Assembly (NCBI GenBank): GCA_001938485.1
Contig: MQRK01232504.1
Span: 1-62,964 of the forward strand
Origin: Girardia tigrina
Lineage: Eukaryota
Direction of reading: 5' to 3'
Length of the DNA: 62,964 nt
Shown: piece after piece, positions 26,627 through 39,197 of the stretch
How the letters are laid out: the number at the start of each line of letters is the position of its first letter
Numbering within the stretch: position 1 is the first letter of the stretch
The notes under the pieces: model-generated
Databases searched by the model: none
Told to the model about the DNA's origin: nothing
What the model saw: only the letters and a program-made list of their open reading frames with translations
Position numbers and translations under genes: made by a program

Positions 26627-29345
26627 CAGTCGAAACGGGATAATGTAAAAGCGCTGGGGACAACAGAAATATTTTACATTATACGATGTTTTACAATAGA
26701 AAATGTGTGAAAAACTGCTTCCTATTTTCCAATGTAAAAGTACAATACAAACACTGTATGGTTAAAATATTCTCTAGTGAACACATTCTGAGTATTACAT
26801 ATGCGGCATATACAGTACAGTATATATGAATACAACGTACAAATTTTAATGAGTGAAGTNNNNNNNNNNTTTTTTCTGTTTCTGTCTTTTCAACGCATTT
26901 GATCTAATTTCCTCTTCCAACTTGTCCAAATGGTTCATTGTGGAATCATCGAAGCCCAGTGTGCACTGCATATAATGCCGAATTTTACCCAAACAAGTGA
27001 TACATTCAGTTATAGTGGGAGGAGTTAATTCGATATCATCTGCATCATCTTCATATTCCTCCTCGACATAGTCTGGTACATTACCGTCAAAATTGAAAGC
27101 TGTGATGAGTTGCTCATCTACATTATTATATTCATTAACCGTAAGTGTAGCTGGAATGAGTCCTGCCGCTTGTAACTACTCCCAAATATTATTCATTTCA
27201 TCGTTTCTTGACTGAAATTCATTTTGAACAGAAGGTGCCAAATCATCAAGGCCATCAGGAGCTTTGAATCCTTAAATAGACAGAAAAGAACAACAAGAGC
27301 GCAATTAGAATATGTTTATATGATACCGATGTTAAATTTAATGCAAATTATACCTGCATGTTGGAAACAGTGTTCAATTTTTGTAGAATCAATCTCTTCC
27401 CATGAGGCCTTGATAAGATTCAAAACTTCAAGCACATTGATAGAAAACGGTATGTTGTTGTGGAAAGCGAGAAGACGACGCTTAGCAAGACGTCGACGGT
27501 AATTTGCTTTTAACATCCTGATTACACCCGCGTCCATGGGCTGCAGTTTGGCGGTGGTATTTTTTGGGAGGCAGATAAGTTCCACATTGAACAATTTTTT
27601 CAGCTGTGGATGGGAAAGGCAATTGTCCATGATAATGACAATCTTTCGACCCAAGCATTTCATCTTATTATCAATCTTTCTGATATACTTTTCAAATAGA
27701 GAGGCGGTCATCCAGGCACACTTATTGTTATCGTATTCAACTGGCAATCGTTTCACGCCTTTAAAGCTTCGAGGACTCTACAATTGGCACATGCAGAATA
27801 ATGCACTATAGAAATGACTTTTAAAAAATAAATGTAACGTTATACTTACTGCAGTTTTTCCAATAGCCAGTAGCGGTAACTTGTCACGGCCAGTCATATT
27901 ACAGCCACACAAAATAGTCAGTCTCTCTTTACTTCTCTTATCTCCAACACATTTTTTGTTCTTAAAGGTGATTGTCCCTTCTGGCAATAACTTCCAGAAC
28001 AATCTAAGCTCATCAATATTGTACACATCTTCTGGTTTGTATTTTTTCGGTGGTGTTGGTAACGTATATATTATCCACTCATTAGTCATTTCAGGAGTAA
28101 TTTTTCCGGCTTCTCCAGATATTGACTTGTGAACAATCTCATGCCTGGCTTTCCAACGTTCGATCCACCCCAATTTTAGAACACCAGGATTTTCATGACC
28201 AAGCGATTGCGCAAGTTGTTGTGCCTTTTCCAACAACACTGCTCCTGTGAGTCCTTCAAGGTTTTGCGCATCGGTATTTTTAAACCATGTTAGCAGCTCT
28301 CTGTCGACATCATCAAACGTCACTTGTCGAACACGTTTAGCAGCATTTCGATAATCTCTTGATTGAACACGTTTCAGAATCTTTTCCTTTTGCTCACTGT
28401 AGATTCTTGTTGCATTTGAAACTTTGTATTTGACAGATATTTGAGAATGGTTTGATATTGGGTTTTTGTCTAGTTCGTTAATGATTTCATATTTAGTATT
28501 GAAATCAAGATCACGTCTGCTGCTACTATTCCCTTTGAACATGTCAGGCGTTTTAGTGAAGCGATGAAATGTTCTAAATAAATCCATAAATCCATGTAGT
28601 ACTGTACTATAGTGATGAGCTAAAGTCAAGCTGCCTAATGCACTCACTCACCCACACACACTGTTTAGTGGAGATGTATGGGGAGGAAGAAGCTCTATAA
28701 ATGTGTGTGTACATTAGGCAGCTTGATACAGTATCTCAATTCGTTGGTATAAAGTGCTTGACATGCACTAACAATTTCGTCCATGCACACATGCATCCAC
28801 ACCCAAATACGCCGTATATAATTTTACAATATGCGATGTGAAAAGAATGTAACTGTATTGCATTGGGACTTATACAGCCCTTTACATTACAAGAGGTTTT
28901 ACATTACACTTTTTACTATATACGATGTCGCTACAATATAAATGAATGGAGTCTTGGCCGTTCCACAGAAAGTGTTTACATTATAACGTTATTTTAAAAT
29001 AAGCCGTTTTACATTATCCTGTTAAATTTCTGGGGGGTTTGCGAATTATTACGCTTCGACCTCCGTTGAAATCTAACAAAGGAAAGTTGTAATTCGATAA
29101 AATTAGGTCTTTGGACGATTATAGAAATTTGTGATTTTAGATGCTTGATTTTATGTAAATATTTATGAAACAGTAAATGACAATAAAAGATAATAAATGA
29201 CAGTAAATGAGAGCACAAGCTTCTCTTTTTAATAAATTTTTATTTATTATATACAATAATTACAAATAAAGAATTTGTTACAATTGAAATATGTTTCCTT
29301 AATGTGTAATGCTTGATTTTTGTGGTGGTCACAGTACATCGACTG
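26627..29345 (-). mobile_element. Second pogo/Tigger element, transposase with two spliceosomal introns, right TIR interrupted
   Basis: Left TIR TA|CAGTCGAAACGGGATAATGTAAAA. Right TIR is split as ttttacattatcctgtt (to 29023) plus tcgactg (29339-29345). Motifs YNIDE, AWMT, MDNCLSHP, QPMDAGVI. Introns 27849-27778 and 27353-27271. Confidence 0.9.
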
Positions 29346-29540
29346 CAGACCACAAATAGATGAGTTTAAGATAATAAAAATTATTAGTTTAAAAATTTTG
29401 GAAATATAATAATGCATTATTGATTTTAAAATATGTTAAGTTTAAATAATAAAAATTTTAAATAACTATTCAGGAATCTCACCGAATGTGAAAACTATTC
29501 TCCTTCTAGTAAAATTTAACCAATAGGCGTTCCCGTTAAC

Positions 29541-29787
29541 AGATTCTTCCGACAATATAACAATTTTTCTTCACAACTTCGTAGACAAAAATGCTCGACG
29601 TCCTCGGTTAATAGATTCTTCTGACAATATAACAATTTTTCTTCACAACTTCGTAGACAAAAATGCTCGACATCCTCGGCTGATAGATTCTTCTGACAAT
29701 ATAACAATTTTTCTTCACAACTTCGTAGACAAAAATGCTCGACGTCCTCGGCTAATAGATTTTTCTGACAATATAACAATTTTTTCT
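29541..29787. repeat. 72-bp tandem repeat, ~3.4 copies
   Basis: agatt(c/t)tt(c)...gacaatataacaattttt recurs at 29541, 29613, 29685 and 29757. Open on minus as (EEKLLYCQKNLLAEDVEHFCLRSC)n. Confidence 0.95.
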
Positions 29788-30488
29788 CCGGAACTGATAC
29801 CAAAATCTTCTTAATGCTAATAAGCCTTCGCGTTCGGAATCCTTCTCGAAATCTAAATTACTTTTAAAAGGTTCTAGTATATATAAAAAATTTATACCTA
29901 AATTACTTTTAAAAGGTTCTTGAATTTATGATTTTTTAACTTCTTTATATATTTATTTTAAGTTACGTTGGTAACTAAAATCTTACGTCGACTTATTTTA
30001 AGGTTATGTAGGTTTAGATCAACCTTAAAGGTTTTTATTTTAACATAAGTTATGTAGGTTTAGATCGACCTTAAAGGTTTTTATTCTAACCTTAAAAAAA
30101 TATATGCTTGCGTTTTATAATATAATATTTAATTTATTAAATTGTTTATAATAAATATAATATTTTATTTGAAACTTCACGTATAATATTTATTCTTGAA
30201 TAAATAATATCTTCGTATTATTTATACATTTATTATAAACAAAATAAATAAGCAATAAAACAAATAAAAGCAATAATAATAAGCGATAAATAAGGTTGAA
30301 TTAAACAACAAAGGTTCAATAAATAAAGTCAAAATAATTACAAAAAGTCAGAATAATTTTTAAAAAGTCAAAATAATTTTTCAATAGATAATTATACAAA
30401 ATGTCAAAATAATTACAATCCCCAACATTCGTGGGGGGTCATTTTAGTTATGACCTCATAACTGTCAATCACAAATAAAATGTTCATG

Positions 30489-31825
30489 TTAATCACAAAA
30501 AGGTGTTAATGTCCCTTTTTTTTGGAATTCTTGTCGGTTCGGGATCCTGACTCCGATTCTGCTGGAATCTTTGGTAGTCTTTCTGATATATTGCTTCACT
30601 TCTTTGTTCCGAGTTTCACGGTACTTTCCAGAGAGAAAAAGATGTCTTATTTCTGCGTTGTCCTTTCTCAACAAGACAGAATTGAGATATCTTTAATATC
30701 TTCGATATCTTTAATACCGTGACAACCTGTCACGAAGTCTTTTATGTGCGATCTGGGTTTAACTAACGTGTGCTTTAAGACGGCACCGTTATAATCTAGA
30801 ATCGCGATGGACACGAGATGATGTTTTTTGTCATCGTCAATGGCGTATTCGCCGTCCATCACTCTTATTCTATTTCGGATCTCTTTTTTCGATAGGGGTT
30901 TTTTTTCTTCGATAGGTTTTCCTCTCCTTTTTATTATTTGATCAGATATCTTCAGATCTGATTCTATTAATAGGTAATTTTTGGCAATGAATGGATTCGG
31001 AATGTCGTCCTGGAAAATAAATTCCACGGCGAATATCCCAATCTCCTCTGAGGGTGATATTTTAATATCATTCAATTTTTCAATTTCGTTCACATCCCTC
31101 AAATCAAAGATTTAAAGCTCGATGGACCTTTTTTCTGGTAGGTTGATGGTTGTTTCACCATCAGTCACCTGCAATGGGGTTGATGCAGCATGAATATATA
31201 CTGCTAGGACCTTATTAAAAGGTCTATTGAATGTAGTAGGAATGGAGTGACGATACACTCCCAATATGTCCGCTATGGTCATCCGTCCTGGGACTGTTCT
31301 TTTGACAATTGTCATTTTCTTATTGTATTCATTGAATACAAGGTAATTTGGATACCTGGTGGTATGTTCGATCTTGGTTTTGAGTACGGGCTGATCTCCA
31401 GGCATCCCGTACTGCAATCCTTTATAGAACGAGACGGGATAATAGTGGGGGGTTACTTTGAAATTATATATAATTGTTATCTCTATACTTATGGGTTTGG
31501 AAGGGTCCCAGTTTGAAGGTAGTGGGACCGGTGGGGCCATATATTGAGTTTTGTACTCTTCTAAGAGGCTGTGCTTCTTATCTTCTATTTCTTGGAGCCT
31601 TTTAACCTCTTCTAACTGCTTGGCATATCGCCTATCTTGGAAGTGGGTTACAATATCACGATTGTTGACCTGCACTATCCTATCTGGCAGCTCATAAAGT
31701 GAGGGTAAAGGTTTTCGATTTCCCTTGAACTCGGAACATTGGCTGAACTGCGCTTCGGCAGTACTTGTGGAATGATGTCTCGACATTTCGGCTCGAGACA
31801 TCTTCTGATTATTTGATTTGAACAT
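30489..31825 (-). pseudogene. Accessory ORF with C-terminal DEDDh 3'-5' exonuclease (REXO4/ISG20/REX1-like), downstream of Gypsy pol
   Basis: ORFs 31957-31112 and 31102-30668 are in frame, separated by one TAA. The C-terminal part RIRVMDGEY...LVSIAILDYNGAVLKHTLVKPRSHIKDFVTGCHGI fits ExoI DxE plus the SIVNxxG / YVKP / DYRTxxSGI pattern. Likely ATG at 31825. Confidence 0.7.
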
Positions 31826-31959
31826 TCTGAATGAATAATTATAACTATTAGTTGCTTGTTTACTTATGATTGAAAAATATATAATCACATACAATACTTT
31901 TATTTTATTGATTTTAAAATATTTTGTGTTGTCATTTAGATCAAATTTTTTATTCATAC

Positions 31960-32630
31960 GGCATTTTTATTTTTCATCAAACTCTCTAATGGTTTGTGAT
32001 CGGTTTTCAATATAATTTCTGTGCCTTATAAATATTGTCTAAAATGTTGTATTGCAAAAACAATAGTCAAACATTCTCTTTCTATTGTAGAATATCTAGT
32101 CTCTGCGCCTTTTAATACACGACTTACATATGCTATTACATAATCTTTTCCATTTTCGTCTTCTTGCCCCAAAACTGCTCCTAGGGCTCCTCCACTGGCG
32201 TCTGTCATCAGGATAAATGGTTTCGTAAAATCTGGATATCTTAATACTGGAAATGTTATCAAATTCTCTTTTAATTTTTCAAACGCCTTTTGACATTCTT
32301 CAGTCCATTTAAAATATTTATTGATATCCTTTTTAGGTACATCTTTTGGTATTTTTGTTAAATTAGTTAGTGGAATTGCAATTTTCGAAAAATCCTTTTG
32401 AAATCTTCTGTAATAACCTGCTAATCCTAAGAAACTTTGTATTTGTCTAATTGTTTTTGGGACTGGAAAATCTTTTACTTGACTAACTTTCTCGGGATCT
32501 GGCATAACTCGTTTTGCTGAGAGGTGATGCCCTAAAAACAAAACTTCCGATGCACCAAAAACACATTTTGTTGGTTTGATTTTTATACCAGCATTTCTAA
32601 GTTTTCTGAACACATCTCTTATATTCTTTT
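31960..32630 (-). mobile_element. Ty3/Gypsy pol fragment: RT C-terminus, connection and RNase H
   Basis: KCVFGASEVLFLGH, SFLGLAGYYRRF, FILMTDASGGALGAVLGQ, YSTIERECL, then after a stop TDHKPL. Integrase is missing. Confidence 0.95.
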
Positions 32631-33148
32631 TCGCTTTTGGTCTTCGGCCTTCCTCTTTTATCTCTAAGCGGATGCAGCTCAGGCTGACCACCTTTCCACC
32701 TCAGAGGCCTCTCAAGACCTCTGATGTCCTTAGCTTCCCAGGTCTCAATTTTCAATCAACCTGATCACTGAAGCATGATTCTCCGTTGTTGCACTTCAAC
32801 GGGTTATCATGGCCTGACTGTACATTGAGCCAAACGTACCTTGTTTGACCGACCGGTGACCCAGTCGATAGCGACCCTGTTATGTCATTTCACAACAGAA
32901 CGGACGGTCTGATCCCCATCCGCCTTTGCTAACGGCATGGAAACTTTGACCGTTTTCATCGGCCTTGCCTGTTTACCCCAAACCAACAAAGGGCTAGGTG
33001 TAACTTGTCAGTTACATTATCTACATTATCAACATTATCTATTATTATTGATAAAATAGACTTCATGTCAATAAAAAGCCTCTCTGTCTCACAAATCATC
33101 AAATGAGCTCAATGGAGTAAATTCATCAGAAAAGAAAGAAAATATTAA

Positions 33149-33318
33149 CCCTTTCCTGTTTTTTGGGAAGTATGCTGAACAAATTGAAAACCTCGCATTT
33201 GAAAAATGTTCATTGGCTTTTATATTAATTTTAAGGGCATGATAAAATGACTATAAATCCTATTTTGATTTTTAAATCACAAAAAATATATGTTGATTTT
33301 TCATGCAGCAGGAAAGGG
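33149..33318. mobile_element. piggyBac-type MITE
   Basis: TTAA|CCCTTTCCTG ... CAGGAAAGGG|TTAA, 170 bp. Confidence 0.85.
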
Positions 33319-33389
33319 TTAAAGAAAAAAAATGACACCTACAATTTTAAGATGAATATAAAGCCATTTATGATGATGATTTTGTAATA

Positions 33390-33494
33390 GGGCAAAAATG
33401 ATTTTTCAGGGGGCAGCTGTCTTTTTCTGCCTCCCAGCAGGATTCTAGGAGGACAGTTGCCCCTGCTGCCCCCCCCCCGGCTCCGTCTCCACTG
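33390..33494. mobile_element. GC-rich terminus of a hAT-like element
   Basis: gggcag...gcccctgctgcccccccccggctccgtctccactg, a typical CAGTGG-type end on the reverse strand. Confidence 0.45.
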
Positions 33495-35019
33495 ATCGTA
33501 TCATAAAATACATTATATTTATTGACAAAGACATTGTTTTATTTCATGAACAATACATTTTTCCTTCATATTTTAGTTATCTAGAATTGTTAACAAAATG
33601 TTAACAGATGTCCCTTTACGTATACATGTATGTTTTACTCAATATGGAGGACTCGTGGAGGCTTCATTAAACAAACATACGTTCTCTTGCTAAAAAGTGG
33701 CATCGTCCTAAAACGGCTTTCGATTCAGAGTTTTCAAAGTGGAGTTACATCACTCTAAACGTCAGTTGTTAACAAAATGTTAACACCTGCCCCGTTGAAG
33801 GTTAAATAAAATTAATTAAGACGCTTGCTTATGCAATATTTATTTTTCACAACAATTCTTATGTATTCACTGGAATTAATAGTAAAAAAGTCAAATCATC
33901 CGAGAAGTAATAAATTAAATGCATCATTTTAGGTTGAGTAAGAATACGGACAATGTCATCGCTGCTATAAAATGATATGTCGACCCTTGGAGGGTAAACA
34001 AATTTGTTCATACTATTGACATGTTTTCGCACGCATTGAATGTACAATCTTGTTTTGGTTCACTTACACATCGAACAACTGAACCAACATAATAAAGTGG
34101 ATGTGAACTCTTACGTTGCCGACGAGATGGAAATGAGGGAATGAATTCACAAAAACTGAATCATCAGGTTGTGGTTTCTGACGAGAAGATGGTGCTTGAA
34201 CATTCTGAGATTATTGTCTACATTCTAGACTCTAGAATAATATGACGAATATGGCCCATGACGAATTTTCCCCACCTCCTATTAAATTATTTTCAAAATT
34301 ATTAATAATATTAAGTTGTTTAAAAAATAATGTCGTTTTTAACCTGAATCTTTAAAGACAAATATCTCTGTGAGGGATAATTTGAAATGTTGTAAGTTTG
34401 TTGTTTGTATGCTGTTTAGATTTGTGACTCTCCTACTCAGATGGGATTGATATGTTTATTGATTGATTATTTGAATCTAATGAAANNNNNNNNNNNNNNN
34501 NNNNNNNNNNNNNNNNNNNNNNNNNNNNNNNNNNNNNNNNNNNNNNNNNNNNNNNNNNNNNNNNNNNNNNNNNNNNNNNNNNNNNNNNNNNNNNNNNNNN
34601 NNNNNNNNNNNNNNNNNNNNNNNNNNNTTTATCCAATAAAAATTATGAGAAATTAAAATGTAATATTAAAATTTCCCCATTCATTATTTTTTTCATATTT
34701 AAATATTTAATCAAAAACTATATTAATCAAAGAAAGATGACCACTGCAAATTGTTGTGAAGAATATGTTTGTGTTGTAAATAAATGTTTGCATTCAAATT
34801 GTGATGTTGTTAATAATCTCAGTGTAGAATCTACTTTAATAATCGAAATAAAAACTGTTAGCATCAATACATTTTTGCCAATGTTGCATAATTTTATTTA
34901 TTCCAGTTACATAAAATTCTGACTTTCTGTAGGCGATGAAATCGTTGAAGGCAGTTTTAGCATCCCCTTGATTTTTGAAGTATTTCTCCTGAAAGAAACT
35001 GTCAAAATGTTTGAAAAAG

Positions 35020-36025
35020 TGATAATCAGTGGGCGAGAGGGTATGGTGGATGATTCAAAGTTTCGTAGTCAAGTTCGTTTAACAGTTGCATTGTAAGACG
35101 TGCGATGTGTGGCCGAGCGTTGTCGTGGAGAAGTATAGGCCCTTTCCTATTGACTAATGCTGGTTATTGTTGGAGTTTCTGGTTCATTTTGACAATTTCC
35201 TGACAATATCTCTCTGCCGTAATTGTTTCTCCTGGATATTGGAAGCTATGATGAATAACACCGGCTGCGGACCACCAAACAGTCCCCATCATCTTTTCTT
35301 GGTACAATTTCGGCCTTGGAAAGGATTGCAGAGCTTGATCGTGGTCCAACCATTGAGAAGAACATCTCCAATTGTCGTAGAGAATCCACTTTTCATCACA
35401 CGTTACAATTCGGTCCAGAAACGGATCATTCTTGTTCCACAGAAGAAGTAAAGACGATGCCTGAAAACATTTTTTTTATTGTCATTTAATTCGTATGGAA
35501 TCCATTTATCCAGTTTTTCGACTTCCCAATTTCACGAAGATGGTTTGAAATTGTTCCTATCGTGACACCTAGCTCCTACGCAAGCTCTCGAATTGTTGTG
35601 CGTGGATTTACTTCTACTAGAGCCTTCAAATTTTCATTTTCAATAGCAGGTTTCCGTCCACGGCCATCATCATCTTTGATGATTCCATCGCATTGAAATT
35701 TTTGAACCAACGTTGTAACATACGTTCGTTTGTAGTTCCATCGCACAATGCACCGTTGATGTTAAGGGCGGCCTGCGATGCTTTGTGGCCAAGTTTGAAT
35801 TCATATAAAAAATTGCTCGTAATTGCGCTTTTTGCATATTGACAAATATTTAAATAAACACGTTATTTTAAAGTTAATATTTAAACAAAGTATCATAGAA
35901 ATATAGAGTTTTTCATAAGCTTTAAAATTATGTATAAAACATAAATAAATGATAAAGATTTATTTCAAAACATGATCGAAAATGAGGACCTTTCAAAAAG
36001 CTATATTATTTTTTAAACAACCTAA
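35020..36025 (-). mobile_element. Mariner element, 3'-truncated, degenerate
   Basis: [33 protein letters not shown] and HPPY-like motifs. TIR ...aaacaacctaa|ta at ~36025. Confidence 0.9.
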
Positions 36026-37445
36026 TAAAAATAAAATTCAATAAAAATAAGTCCAATAAAAATAAAAGGCGAAAGTTTACGCCACATTCTGATCATGTAG
36101 ATTATAGTGACAAATTTGTAAACAAGAGTGTTGGGAGCGTTGTTGAGTTCATAAAATTTTTAAATTTACAATTTTATCAAATTAATAATTTAACAATTAC
36201 ATTCCGTAAAATAGTGTTGTAGATATGTTAAAATAAGATTTTCCGAATTTAATGTAAAAAATAATTTATGTGAGAAATAAAATAAATTTTACGGTAGGTT
36301 TATTAAAAGGTGTATGCAAAGAGTTATTATACAGTAAAAAAGTTAATTTTAATTTTGATGGAAGTATTTAATTGAAATAAAATAAAAAGGAATATAATTT
36401 TAATATTGTATTTGTGAAATAAAAATAAACTAAACTATTTTTTGTAACTTTTATTTTTCACGATTAAATCGATGTAAATTAAAATGCAATTTAATTTTGT
36501 TTTGGAAAATTATATAAAGTATATATATATATACATAAATAAAAGCGCTAGTAAAACAAATAAAATTTTCAGAAATTGTCATTCGAAAGTTCATATATTT
36601 TGCATTAAATTTTGGCATAAATATTGATTCTGAATATCGTCTTGAGGATGAAGAGTTCGAAATTAAATTAATAGAAATAATAGAATTAACACATACTAAA
36701 CATTAAGAACACCAACATGGGTTTTCAAACTTTTATTTTCATTACAATCAGAATTGTCTTTTGGACAACTCTCAGCAAAACTCTCGTCATTCGACATCGT
36801 TCTAAATTGATAATTTTTTATTAATGTTTTTTAATAAACAATTATTCAAACAAATTTTTCATTATTTTCTGATTTTATTTTTAGAGTTCAAATTTGTAGT
36901 TTTAGTATTAATTTTTATTTACATATTAATTTTATTTAAAAATTATTTTATATAAAGAAAGAACATTTAATTAATTCAAAACTTAGTTAAAACTATTTAT
37001 TTTATTTAAATTTTAATATGAAGATTTGAAAAGATTTAATATTTTAATGTTTTTACATATCTTATGCTGTACTTTATAATATAAATTATACTCGAATAAT
37101 TATTTATCGTGAACATCTAAAATATCAATTTTCCATCTGGGTGGGAGAAACACATTGCCAAATACTAAACTCAACATACAAAATTCAACAAACCAATTTC
37201 AATATACCAAATTTAAAATATTCCTCACACTAAAGATAATTTAAATTCCGAACACAATAATAAGAATCAAGTCTTTTGAAAAATGTCAAAAATGTTTAAA
37301 TGATTTACAAACCGCCAAAAAGTTTCAACTAAGCTAAAATACCTAGTTAGGAAGAATAAACGATCCCTAGCTTTTTGACATTTTGTTCTAAAACACTCCC
37401 AATGAAAGTATAAAATGTGTTTGTAGGAAGATTTAATTTAAATTA

Positions 37446-38728
37446 TAAAGGTGAACCAAAAGTCTTTTCGTATTTTTTATTAAAAATTTAAACATAATTT
37501 TACAACAAATAAAAAACATTTAAGTTTCAAAGTAAAGGCCATTTGAATCTATAGCTTGAACTCATCTATGGGCAAGTTGTGCCATCCCGCTGCGGTACCA
37601 ATTCTTGTTCTTAGAAGCGAAGAACTGGTGAAATCCGTTTTCGACCTCGGCCAGATTATTGAAGCTGCGACCACGAAGAAAGTGTGCCATAGAGCGGAAA
37701 AGGTGATAGTCGGATGGCGCAAGATCCGCACTATACGCTGGATGTGGAAGAAGTTCAAAGTTCGAGATTTTTGATTTTTTCCTTTATTTGTTTGGCGGTT
37801 TGCGGTTTTGCATTGTCCTGTTGTAGAAGAACTCGCTTTCGATTGATCAAAGCGGGGTACTTCTCGCAAAGTGCCACATACATTCGATCAAGTTGGGCGC
37901 AGTAAAGGTCAGTGTCGATGGTACTACCATTTGGAACCACCTCTAAGTGAATCACGCCTTCGAAATTCCACCAAACACACAAAAGTGCCTTCCTTGAGAA
38001 ACGATCTCGTTTCGCTACCGGTTTCGCCATTTGTCCGGTGTCCAACCATTGATTTTGTTGGTCTGGATTACTGAAGTAAACCCACTTTTCATTGCAAGTT
38101 ACAATTCGACGGATGAAACGGTCATCGCGCGGATTTTCAAGCAATTTTTGACAAGTTTCGAAACGCTTTTCGACTTGAATTTGTGTCAATTCATGAGGTA
38201 CATCTCGACATCGTCTATTGACCTAGCCAAGAGCATGAAGGTGTCGTACAATGAGTGTTTGAGAAATATCGAGTTCGGCCGACAAACTGCGAGTACTTAT
38301 TGACGGATTTGTCTCGATGGCTTCATGAATTGCTCTGGAATCTACGGTGATAGGTCGGCCTGAACATGCATTGTCTCCGAGGTCAATGTTGCCTTCGTTG
38401 AATCTTTTGAACAAATTTTGTGCAGTACGATTTGAGACCACATTATCGCCTTCAACTTCGCATATCTTCTTTGTTGCTGCAGTTGCGTTTAAGCCCTGTT
38501 TCCAGTAATGGCGTAAAAGAACACGAATTTCAAAATTTTCCATGATTTTTCTAAAAGACCATAAAAATTATATTAACGACTAATTAGAAGTTTTAATATT
38601 AATTGTGATGGAGCAGTTCAAGAGTTTTAAAAACATATAACACATGTATATAAAATATCTTTATTTGGTAATAAGAAACAATTGAACAAAAAGGCGTAGA
38701 AAATACGAAGACTTTTGGTTCACCATAA
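37446..38728 (-). mobile_element. Full-length mariner (DD34D), frameshifted
   Basis: TIRs GGTGAACCAAAAGTCTT / AAGACTTTTGGTTCACC with TA flanks, ~1.28 kb. Motifs IVTCNEKWVY, QQDNAKP and HPAYSADLAPSDYHLFRSM. Confidence 0.95.
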
Positions 38729-39197
38729 TAGTTAAACAAGTTATTTATTACTGTATCTTCTACATAATTGAAAGCCAACTCAAGATCTTCGTTCCATTTT
38801 ATCTTATCTCATTTACGTCGATTTTTATCTATTTTTATTTTACATTGATTAGATATTTTACATTGAAAAGATATATTGCTTTTATTATTATGAAGAAAAT
38901 ATAAAAATATTTCTGTTGCATTTATTTAGGTATCTTCAGTGCTTAACAGCATTTGAATTCCAAAGTGTAAATGTTATTATTTTGTAATGCATAATAATTT
39001 TAAACCTGTTCGACAGATTCACCGCACTCGATATTGTAGCAGTAGCAGTAATAGTAGTAGCAGTAGTGACGAAGCAGATGATGAAATAAATAGAGTCACG
39101 ACCCTATCGAGTACAAAAATTTTTGCAAGCTCTAGATCCCCCAGTGATTGTTAAGGGCAAACCAAAATCCATTATAATTTTATTCCTATTTCAACAT

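Noticed and set aside
29541-29787. CRISPR-like periodic array
   Set aside because: Units are contiguous and near-identical with no unique spacers. The context is eukaryotic and there are no cas genes.
31957-32026. Read-through fusion of RNase H with the exonuclease ORF
   Set aside because: The frames differ. The pol frame ends at TGA 31956-31954 after TDHKPLESLMKNKNAV.
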